This document shows positions 52,994 to 61,248 of a DNA stretch of 64,000 nt, piece after piece. Source of the DNA: an uncultured Pelagibacteraceae bacterium (GTDB lineage: Bacteria > Pseudomonadota > Alphaproteobacteria > Pelagibacterales > Pelagibacteraceae); the NCBI GenBank assembly GCA_902541315.1, contig CACBQF010000002.1:25987-89986 (forward strand), given 5' to 3'. Positions within the stretch are counted from its first letter, which is position 1. The number at the start of each line of letters is the position of its first letter. Both the position numbers and the translations under genes were made by a program. The notes under the pieces are model-generated. The model had not been told where the DNA came from and ran no database searches. It saw only the letters and a program-made list of their open reading frames with translations.

Positions 52994-54306
52994 TTACCAG
53001 CAACAACCATTCCCTCAATCATCATGGTTGGTGAATTGGTTGCATATTTAAACTCTAAATCATTTGCCAGAGTAATATGCTGAAACATGTCTTTAAAATT
53101 GCCTGCAATGGTAATTTCGTTTATAGGATACTTAAACTCTCCGTTTTCCACTAAAAACCCTGTCGCACCAACAGAATAATCACCGGTTACTATATTACTT
53201 CCGTGACCTATAGTTTCTGTAATATAGAGACTTTTTGATTTTGAATTCAACAAATCTTTAAAACTTATATTTCCATTTTCAAAATAGAGATTACTTGTCC
53301 CTCCGAATCTTCCATTTGATTTTAGGTTAAGTTTTTTTCCATTGTAAGTATCAATCAAATAATGTTTTAAGACTCCTTGTTCAACTAATTTAAGGGTATC
53401 AGTTTTAACCCCCTCTTTATCAAAATTTCTTGAACCCAAACCTTTAATTATGTCTGGTTTATCTAAGACATTAATTGAGTCGGAAAATATTTTTTGGTTA
53501 ACTTTATCTTTTAAAAAAGAGGTTCCTCTTGATATCGCTGATGATGAAATCGCACTTGCAAAAGTGCTTAATATTCCCTTGGCTATTCGTTTATCAAAAA
53601 TTATAGCAATTTTTTCGCTGCCTATTTTTTTAGGGCTTAATTTTCTAATGGTTTGATCGGCAGCTTGTTTGCCTAACTCTCCTGCATCGTCCAAGTCTTT
53701 AAAAAAACATTTGCTAGAATACTCATAATCTCTCTCCATGCTTTTTTCATCTTTTGCGACTATAACGCTCGAAGCTGTAAATGAGGATGTTTTGTAACCA
53801 GCACAAAAACCTTCAGTATTAGCTAAAATAAAATTTGATTTATTTTGAGTAAAACTAGACTCAGTATTAACAATTTTTTTATCATTAGAGGCAGCGAGTT
53901 CTAATTTTTTCAAATAATCTATTTTTTGATTATTTTCTATATGCGTATCATCATAGAGAGACAAATCTTTAACTTCTTTAGCTAACAAATCTTTATCTGG
54001 TAATGAATTAAATTCATCTTCAGGAGTATTTTTTGTTGCCTCAACACATTTTTCAATCAAAATGTTTAGGTTATCATCAAGTAAATTAGACGAAGATATT
54101 GATGATTTTTTTTTTCCAATGTAAGTGGTAATGCTTATTCCAAGATCATCTGACCTATTAGACTCATCTAGTTTTTTATTTCTAAAATTAACAGTTTCAG
54201 ATACAGAGTTGTTAACAATCACACTAGACTCAGTTGCGCCTAATTTCTTGGCTAAACCTAGACAATAAGATGCCTTTTTTTCTAAAAATTCTTGATCTTT
54301 GACCAT
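52990..54306 (-). CDS. pmbA: Metalloprotease partner PmbA/TldE
   Basis: MERDY, FD.EG, GDYSVGA.G and EITIAGN motifs. Confidence 0.93.
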   Translation of the reverse strand: MVKDQEFLEKKASYCLGLAKKLGATESSVIVNNSVSETVNFRNKKLDESNRSDDLGISITTYIGKKKSSISSSNLLDDNLNILIEKCVEATKNTPEDEFNSLPDKDLLAKEVKDLSLYDDTHIENNQKIDYLKKLELAASNDKKIVNTESSFTQNKSNFILANTEGFCAGYKTSSFTASSVIVAKDEKSMERDYEYSSKCFFKDLDDAGELGKQAADQTIRKLSPKKIGSEKIAIIFDKRIAKGILSTFASAISSSAISRGTSFLKDKVNQKIFSDSINVLDKPDIIKGLGSRNFDKEGVKTDTLKLVEQGVLKHYLIDTYNGKKLNLKSNGRFGGTSNLYFENGNISFKDLLNSKSKSLYITETIGHGSNIVTGDYSVGATGFLVENGEFKYPINEITIAGNFKDMFQHITLANDLEFKYATNSPTMMIEGMVVAGK

Positions 54307-55728
54307 TTAAAGTTTTGTGCCGCCAACAGTCATCTTATTAATTAGAATAGATGGTTGAGCAACACCAACGGGAACACCTTGGCCAGCTTTTCCACATGTT
54401 CCAATTCCCGGATCCATCATCATATCATTACCTACCATAGAAACTTCTTTTAAACTCGAAGGACCATCTCCGATAAGAGTAGCACCTTTTATTGGAGATC
54501 CAATTTTGCCATTAACAATCTCATAAGCTTCGGTGCAATTAAATACAAATTTCCCAGAGGTAATGTCAACTTGTCCTCCACCAAAACTTACTGCAAATAT
54601 ACCTTTGTCTACAGCTTTAATCATCTCATCTTGTGTCTGATTACCACTTAACATCATTGTGTTTCTCATTCTTGGAAGGACGATATGTCTATAATTTTCT
54701 CTTCTTCCACTACCGGTAGATCTCGTTTTCATCAAACGTGCATTCAGACGATCTTGCATAAAGTTTTTTAAAATTCCATTCTCAATTAAAACTGTTTTTT
54801 CTGTTGGTGTCCCTTCATCATCAATAGTAAGACTGCCTCTCCTATTGTCGATGGTACCATCATCAACTATCGTAACTCCTTCACTAGCAACTTTTTGGCC
54901 CATTAAATTATGAAAAGCAGAAGTTTTCTTTCTATTAAAATCCCCCTCTAAACCATGACCAACAGCCTCATGAATTAATATTGCTGGCCAACCAGGTCCT
55001 AGTACAACTTTCATTTCACCAGCTGGTGCAGGTTTACTCTCTAAATTTACTGAAGCTATTCTCAAAGCCTCATCACAAACACTTTTCCAATTTTCATCTT
55101 TTAAATAAAAATCGTAGGATTGTCTTCCTCCAACACCATACACACCTGACTCTTTCCTTCCATTTTTCTCAAGCATGACTGATACATTGAATCTTATTAA
55201 AGGACGGACATCAGTTAAAGACTCTCCGCCAGATCTAATTATTTCAACTGATTTTTGTTCACCTAAAAAATTGGCTGTGACCTGTTTAATGTTATTATCT
55301 TTAGAGCGTAAGTAGTTATTTACTTCATTAAGTATTTTAATCTTTTCATTAAGGGATTTTTGTTCAATAGGATTTATATTATCATAATACTTTTTATTAG
55401 ATTTAGGAATTTCATGATTATAAGTGCCTTTAACAGATTTTAACGTTGATTTTAAATTTTCTGAAGATTGCCTTAATGAATTTTTTGATATTTCATTAGA
55501 GTGAGAATATGCAACTATTTCATCAGAGATAGCTCTAAATCCAAAACCTAAATCAGAATTATAACTCGAGTTTTTAATTTTATTATCATCTAATAATAAT
55601 GTCTCTGATTTTGTATTTTCTAGATATAGTTCTCCATCATCACACTTGCTAAGTGTATCTGATACAATGTTTTCTGCTTCTGATCTAGATATGTCAGATT
55701 TTTCAAAAAAATTATTCATAGAAAGCAT
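54307..55728 (-). CDS. tldD: Metalloprotease TldD
   Basis: HEAVGHGLEGDFNRK, PRMRNT, GGGQVD and CGKAGQ motifs. Confidence 0.97.
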   Translation of the reverse strand: MLSMNNFFEKSDISRSEAENIVSDTLSKCDDGELYLENTKSETLLLDDNKIKNSSYNSDLGFGFRAISDEIVAYSHSNEISKNSLRQSSENLKSTLKSVKGTYNHEIPKSNKKYYDNINPIEQKSLNEKIKILNEVNNYLRSKDNNIKQVTANFLGEQKSVEIIRSGGESLTDVRPLIRFNVSVMLEKNGRKESGVYGVGGRQSYDFYLKDENWKSVCDEALRIASVNLESKPAPAGEMKVVLGPGWPAILIHEAVGHGLEGDFNRKKTSAFHNLMGQKVASEGVTIVDDGTIDNRRGSLTIDDEGTPTEKTVLIENGILKNFMQDRLNARLMKTRSTGSGRRENYRHIVLPRMRNTMMLSGNQTQDEMIKAVDKGIFAVSFGGGQVDITSGKFVFNCTEAYEIVNGKIGSPIKGATLIGDGPSSLKEVSMVGNDMMMDPGIGTCGKAGQGVPVGVAQPSILINKMTVGGTKL

Positions 55729-55812
55729 TATTTAGAAGTTTTATCTACTATTTTCAATATGAGTATTTTACGCATATACATTATTTGAATAAATAGTAAT
55801 AAATCTACTTAT

Positions 55813-56160
55813 ATGAAAGTTTATTTTAATAATTCATGCAAAATCTGCAAAGCTGAAATTGATTTATATAAAAAAGAGAAGATTCAAGAAATCGATTGGA
55901 TTGATATTACGGGTAATGAGATAGCTGAAAAAGAGACCTCTAAAAGTAATAAAGAACTTTTGCGAAGGCTACATGTTAAAGAAGATGAAAAAATTTTAAA
56001 AGGAGCTGAAGCTTTTCTAGCTGTGTGGAAAAAAATTCCCAAATATAATTTTTTATACAAGTTTTTTAAACTACCAATAATTTTTACGTTATTTTCTTTT
56101 TTTTATGAAATAGTTGCATTCTTCTTATATCTAAAAAATAAAAAACAATTGAAAAACTAA
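55813..56160 (+). CDS. DCC-family thiol-disulfide oxidoreductase (DUF393)
   Basis: VYFNNSCKIC, RLHV and GAEAF..VW motifs. Confidence 0.85.
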   Translation: MKVYFNNSCKICKAEIDLYKKEKIQEIDWIDITGNEIAEKETSKSNKELLRRLHVKEDEKILKGAEAFLAVWKKIPKYNFLYKFFKLPIIFTLFSFFYEIVAFFLYLKNKKQLKN

Positions 56161-56450
56161 CTAAAAAAAAACAGTAAAATTTCACTCAACAAAGACATAG
56201 AAGTTATAAACATAATGAGAACTATTGAATACATTAATAAAATAATCTTATTTTTTTTTCTTCTTAACCTTACAAAATCTTTATCATCTAAATCGGAGAT
56301 ATCTCTTTCACCTAAAACAGGGTAATCATAAGTAAATCGCCAAGTGCTGTCCCCAAGTCTCGGATCTAATTTGTTGTAATAGATAATCCATGCCAATACA
56401 TACTTTAAAATTAAAAAAAGCATTATCATAATGATTGATCCAAAAAACAT
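56157..56450 (-). CDS. Hypothetical two-TM protein
   Basis: 97-aa ORF: TM, charged loop, TM; fits between its neighbours. Confidence 0.65.
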   Translation of the reverse strand: MFFGSIIMIMLFLILKYVLAWIIYYNKLDPRLGDSTWRFTYDYPVLGERDISDLDDKDFVRLRRKKNKIILLMYSIVLIMFITSMSLLSEILLFFFS

Positions 56451-56481
56451 ATTAAAGTTCTACCTTGTTATTTAGAAAAAA

Positions 56482-57669
56482 TTAATTGTTATTTTGTGAT
56501 CTTTTGCTAGCAATTAATTGTGTCAAAGCGTCCACCATTGTGTCTGAGGCTTTAAAAATATCAATATTTTTAAATTCATATGAATGATTTTTTTCAGGAT
56601 TTGTTTTATCCTCTATTACTATTCCTTCATCGGGTGAATTATTTTTAATGTAAATTAATAATAACCAATCTTCATCTTCATTTTCATCCCATTTTATAAA
56701 AATCTCACCGGTTTCAAATCTTCTGTCTATACACCGCAAAATCGACATATCTCTTGTAATGTGTCTTTTGTTCAATTGAAATACTAGACTGCTTGCACTT
56801 CTATAAAAACTTTCTAAGGCAAACTCAACTTTTTGTCTCGCTAAAGTATATTCTTTTTCCTTAATTAGTAACGTTTCTCTGTCTTCGTTACCTTGTAATT
56901 TAACACCAAGGGCTTCTACTCTCTCCTTGATCTTTTGGTCTCTAATAACTCGGTATTTTTCTTTAAGTTTATCAATCCTTTCTTGTAACCCTTGATAATC
57001 CTCTCTCTTCTCTTTAAGCGCTATTTTCTCAAGTTTTTCTAATTCTTTTACTTCTCTTATTCTAAACTTTTCAATTTGACGCTCTAGTTGAAGTTGCTTT
57101 AAAAATTGTTTTTGTTTTTCGGCTTGTTCTCTTCTTAAAATTGCTTGTTCTTTTCTTAAAAATAATTTTATATCTTTATTTCTTTGCTTTTCTAACCTTG
57201 CTTCCTCCTTTAAGGCCTTCTCTTTTAGTCGAGTTTTTTCAAGCACCTCTTCTTGTTTTGCTTTTTGTAGCTCAATTTTCTCAATTCTCTCTTTTTCAAT
57301 TTGTTCTATCTTAATTCTTCTTTTTTCCTCTTTTTTAATTACTTTGTAATTTGAAATTGTTTCGGAAATTTTATCAAAAAAACTTTGGATGTATCTTTCA
57401 GGGTTTAAATTAATTTTAAAATCAAAGTTTGATTTAATCGATAATTGGAATTTTACAATTTTTGAAATTAAACTTTGATTTTTAGTTTTAGGTATATAGT
57501 TTTTATTTTTTTTAAGATTTATATTTTTTTTCTTTTTTTTCTTTTTTTTGTTTTTCCTCTTTTTCCTTGAAATAATTATCTTTTTCCTAACTTTTTTGAT
57601 ATTTTTCAGTTTAGTTTTTTTTCTTTTTACTCTCTTTTTTCTCTTTGATTTTTTGTTTTTTTTTTTCAT
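56482..57669 (-). CDS. Hypothetical protein with polybasic N-terminus, charged coiled coil and C-terminal globular domain
   Basis: 395-aa open frame; 34 of the first 48 residues are K/R; E/K/R/Q-rich helical middle. Confidence 0.8.
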   Translation of the reverse strand: MKKKNKKSKRKKRVKRKKTKLKNIKKVRKKIIISRKKRKNKKKKKKKKNINLKKNKNYIPKTKNQSLISKIVKFQLSIKSNFDFKINLNPERYIQSFFDKISETISNYKVIKKEEKRRIKIEQIEKERIEKIELQKAKQEEVLEKTRLKEKALKEEARLEKQRNKDIKLFLRKEQAILRREQAEKQKQFLKQLQLERQIEKFRIREVKELEKLEKIALKEKREDYQGLQERIDKLKEKYRVIRDQKIKERVEALGVKLQGNEDRETLLIKEKEYTLARQKVEFALESFYRSASSLVFQLNKRHITRDMSILRCIDRRFETGEIFIKWDENEDEDWLLLIYIKNNSPDEGIVIEDKTNPEKNHSYEFKNIDIFKASDTMVDALTQLIASKRSQNNN

Positions 57670-57698
57670 TTTAAAGGAGGTAAGATTCTATCAATAAT

Positions 57699-58886
57699 TT
57701 ATTGATAAATATAGTCCCTAGTGACTGGAGTAGATCCATAATTTTTTGTAAGTTGAAATTGATATACAACTTGATCACCCCACTTGAAAGCCATCTCACA
57801 CCCCGCAAGATAAAACTCCCACATTCGAAAAAATTTCTCATCAAACATTTTAATAATTTTTTCTCTATTTCTTATGCAATTTTCTTTCCAGTGTCTTAAA
57901 GTGTGTGAATAATGTAATCTCAAAACTTCGATATCTGTAACAACTAGACCTGCTTGCTCTATGGGTGTTGTGACCTCACTTAAACTTGGTGTATAACCAC
58001 CTGGAAAAATATACTTGGTTATCCATGGATGAGGATCCCTGGGTGGATTTACTGATCCTATGGTATGTATTAATGAAACTCCATTGTCATTTAATAAATT
58101 TTGAATTTGTCTAAAAAATTTTTTATAAAATTTACGTCCCACGTGTTCAAACATTCCGACACTTACAATTCTATCAAATTTTTCCTTAAGCTCTCTATAG
58201 TCAATCAATCTAAACTTCACCTGATTTTCTAAATTTTGTTCAGCTGCTTTTCTTTTGCAGTAATAAAGTTGGTTTTCTGATAACGTAATCCCTGTTACTT
58301 CACATTTTGAATTCTTTGCAATATCAATTGCTAACGACCCCCACCCACAACCAATATCTAAAACTTTTTGGTCTGGCTTTAAATTCAATTTTTTTATTAT
58401 ATGTTGAATTTTATTATTTTGTGCTGTTTCAAGACTATCGTTTTCATTACGAAAGTAACCACATGAATATTGTCTTTTAGGATCTAAAAATAGATCATAT
58501 AAGTCGTCAGATATGTCATAATGATGGGAAACATTCATTTTAGATTTTTTAATAAAATTAAAATTTGTTAAATATCTATACGAGCCTCTAATTCTATTCA
58601 TAATATAACTAAATAAATTAACTTCTCCTCTTCCAATATTCTTCAAAGCAAGATCTAAAAAATCTGTGATAGTGCCGTTCTCAATAATTATTTCACCATT
58701 AGTATAAGCCTCACCAAAATACAGATCTGGATGAAGTAATAATTTATAATGAAGTTTTTTATTTAAGATTCTTAATTTAATAGGATTATTACCTGGTTTT
58801 CCTATGATATAGTCTCTATAATTTGCATCAGTAAGAATAAAACCACCATCTTTAAAAACATTGTTTAGAAATCTAGCAAGTTGCAT
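57699..58886 (-). CDS. cfa: Cyclopropane-fatty-acyl-phospholipid synthase family methyltransferase
   Basis: GEAY, HHYD, YSC.YF, LDIGCGWG, SVGMFEHVG, KYIFPGG and RMWEFYL motifs. Confidence 0.9.
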   Translation of the reverse strand: MQLARFLNNVFKDGGFILTDANYRDYIIGKPGNNPIKLRILNKKLHYKLLLHPDLYFGEAYTNGEIIIENGTITDFLDLALKNIGRGEVNLFSYIMNRIRGSYRYLTNFNFIKKSKMNVSHHYDISDDLYDLFLDPKRQYSCGYFRNENDSLETAQNNKIQHIIKKLNLKPDQKVLDIGCGWGSLAIDIAKNSKCEVTGITLSENQLYYCKRKAAEQNLENQVKFRLIDYRELKEKFDRIVSVGMFEHVGRKFYKKFFRQIQNLLNDNGVSLIHTIGSVNPPRDPHPWITKYIFPGGYTPSLSEVTTPIEQAGLVVTDIEVLRLHYSHTLRHWKENCIRNREKIIKMFDEKFFRMWEFYLAGCEMAFKWGDQVVYQFQLTKNYGSTPVTRDYIYQ

Positions 58887-58887
58887 G

Positions 58888-59772
58888 TTAGGCCGCCAGT
58901 AAAGATTTAATTTTAAAATTTAAATTTTTAAGACTTTCAAATAATTCTTTCTCATTCTCTTTGGTTAAAAGAGTTAGTGGAGGTAATACATTTTTAAATA
59001 TGTCATTTTCTTTTGCACAATATGAATGCAAGCCAGAAATAAGATTATATTTATCAAAAGCAGACCTAACATTAATCAATTTTTCATTCTCAGTTTGAGT
59101 TTTTTTTGAAATGAAGTCATCATAAACTTTCCTGGATAACTCTGCAGTAACATTACATGTAGCTGTGATTATTCCTGAACAACCTATTTCTAAACCTTCA
59201 ACAAGCTTGGTTTCTGATCCAGGAAGAATTGAAAAATCTTTTAATCTTAAATTTTTATAAATATTGTAAGAACTATCTTTTATACCAATTATTTGTTCAG
59301 GAAATTTTTTGACTAGCTCTTGCACACATTCTAAACTAAATTTATAACCACATAACTTTTCAAAATTATAAAGTATAATCCTTGAATTCGGAGCCGCCTC
59401 TACAATTTTTGAGTAAAAAGTAATTACTTCCTTATCACTATATTTATAATATGCAGGTGGCATAATTAAGAAATTTTCAAAATTTAAAGATAATGCTATT
59501 TTAATATAGTTTATTGTTTCACTTAAAGAATTGAGCCCATTACCTATTATAAACTTATTTTTGTATTTACTTTTTGATAAATTATTTAAAAGCTTAATTT
59601 TTTCTGAGATCGAGATCAATTGTGCTTGTCCAGTGCTCCCAAATATTGCAACACCATGACATCCTTTGTCTATAATGTTTTCAGCATGTAGAATTGTTTT
59701 TTCTATGTTGAGGCTTAAATCTTTATTAAAGATTGACATTCCTGCAGCATATATTCCATTTATTTTAGACAT
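58888..59772 (-). CDS. Dihydrodipicolinate synthase / N-acetylneuraminate lyase family protein
   Basis: GSTGQ, PPAYY, LYNF, GIKDSS (Schiff-base Lys) and G.ITAT.N motifs. Confidence 0.85.
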   Translation of the reverse strand: MSKINGIYAAGMSIFNKDLSLNIEKTILHAENIIDKGCHGVAIFGSTGQAQLISISEKIKLLNNLSKSKYKNKFIIGNGLNSLSETINYIKIALSLNFENFLIMPPAYYKYSDKEVITFYSKIVEAAPNSRIILYNFEKLCGYKFSLECVQELVKKFPEQIIGIKDSSYNIYKNLRLKDFSILPGSETKLVEGLEIGCSGIITATCNVTAELSRKVYDDFISKKTQTENEKLINVRSAFDKYNLISGLHSYCAKENDIFKNVLPPLTLLTKENEKELFESLKNLNFKIKSLLAA

Positions 59773-59810
59773 ATATTTTTACTTGTAAGTATAATAGAAA
59801 AATCACATTT

Positions 59811-60737
59811 ATGAAAACAGGAATTTTTTTAAGCTATAAGGGTTTAGGAGCTAATTTGTTACATCTTAGTTACTGTCATCAGATTGCAAAAAAATTTGGT
59901 AAAGTTGAACTGATCACATTATGTCCAAATCTAAATAGAGTTTTGATAGACGACCCCTTAATTAAAAGTGTAAATTATTTAGATAAATTTCATAGAAACT
60001 TTTTTGATATAATAAACTTATCAGTCTTTATAAAGAAATTTAATTTTGAAAATATCTTTATTTTTTATCCAAGTATAAGACATTATCTAGCTTGTAAAAT
60101 TGCTGGTATAAAAAATATTTATCATTATCCTTTATTTAAAAAAAAAAATTTACATCTTGTAAATGCTGCTAAAACTTTTACAGAACAATCTTTAAATATT
60201 AAAAATTGCCCAACTGAAACTCAAATTTCTCTAAATAGTGAAAAAATTAAAAAATATAATCTTGGTAAACAAAAGAAAATTGTACTTGGAATAGGCTCCT
60301 CTGGTCCGACAACTAGATGGGGATATAATAATTTTGCATCTTTAATAAATAAATTTAACAATATTGGGGATTATCATTTTTACTTAGTTTGTGGAAAAAA
60401 TGAGGAAGAAGGCGCAATTAAAATTATAAACCAAGTAAAAAAAGGTAATTGTGAATCTTTAAGCTCTAAAGATGTATCAGAAATCATATATTATATTTAT
60501 TTAAGTGATATTTTTATTGGAAATGACTCATTCGGGCACCATGTTTCAAGTCAAATGAATAAACCTAGTTTCGTAATTTTATTGGATACACCAAAAGCTT
60601 ATTCTGATTACAGTAAAAATCAATTTAGGATTATCCCACCTGGTGCCGACATAAATAAAATCACTCATGGATCAAGCTTTGATCCAGATTCAATAACAGT
60701 TGAAATGATAATTAATAAAGTTAAGAACTTTATATAA
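59811..60737 (+). CDS. Glycosyltransferase family 9 (heptosyltransferase-like)
   Basis: GLG, G.GSSG...RW and IGNDS..HH motifs. Confidence 0.8.
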   Translation: MKTGIFLSYKGLGANLLHLSYCHQIAKKFGKVELITLCPNLNRVLIDDPLIKSVNYLDKFHRNFFDIINLSVFIKKFNFENIFIFYPSIRHYLACKIAGIKNIYHYPLFKKKNLHLVNAAKTFTEQSLNIKNCPTETQISLNSEKIKKYNLGKQKKIVLGIGSSGPTTRWGYNNFASLINKFNNIGDYHFYLVCGKNEEEGAIKIINQVKKGNCESLSSKDVSEIIYYIYLSDIFIGNDSFGHHVSSQMNKPSFVILLDTPKAYSDYSKNQFRIIPPGADINKITHGSSFDPDSITVEMIINKVKNFI

Positions 60738-61233
60738 TTTCCTTTAACAAAATGTCTCTAGCTTCATTAACTAAAGTAGATAATCTTGCGGTTTCTGGTG
60801 AAATATCTGGATGAATTTTTTTTTGAATTTTTGTGTAAGCTTTGTTTATGTCCTCTTTGGTAACCTTCTTTTTTTGATCTAAATTTAAAATTTTAAAAGC
60901 TTCACTTACAGACATAGTAGACATATTATTGTTTTGAGATTGATTAAATGAAAATCTACCTGATCTTCTTAATGTTTGAATTAATCTAAAAAGAGAGATT
61001 AGTTGGAAAATTGATAAACCCTTTAACTTTAATAAAGCAAGACTAGCGAGTGTGAGTGGCAAAGTTAGCAGAAATCTGCCTCCAATTGCAAACAGAATTG
61101 CTAAAAAAATTAATCCGATTATTATCAGCAGTCTTAAACCTTTTGAAAGTTTTTTTGATGAGATATTACTGATGTATTTCAAAAGGAAATAAAAAATGAC
61201 TAATATTACTACTGTATAAATAATTATATTCAT
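60730..61233 (-). CDS. Membrane-anchored J-domain protein (Pam18/TimB-like)
   Basis: N-terminal TM helices; C-terminal MS..EAF.IL...HPD...VNEARD.L J domain; likely ATG at 61233. Confidence 0.8.
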   Translation of the reverse strand: MNIIIYTVVILVIFYFLLKYISNISSKKLSKGLRLLIIIGLIFLAILFAIGGRFLLTLPLTLASLALLKLKGLSIFQLISLFRLIQTLRRSGRFSFNQSQNNNMSTMSVSEAFKILNLDQKKKVTKEDINKAYTKIQKKIHPDISPETARLSTLVNEARDILLKEII

Positions 61234-61248
61234 ATAACTGTTTTCATT

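Noticed and set aside
52990-55728. TldD/PmbA as part of a RiPP (microcin-like) cluster
   Set aside because: No precursor peptide, YcaO or other modifying enzyme, or exporter nearby; housekeeping context.
57480-57669. T-rich low-complexity tract as a CRISPR array or phase-variable repeat
   Set aside because: No repeat-spacer structure; it is the Lys-rich coding start of the 395-aa ORF and stays in frame.
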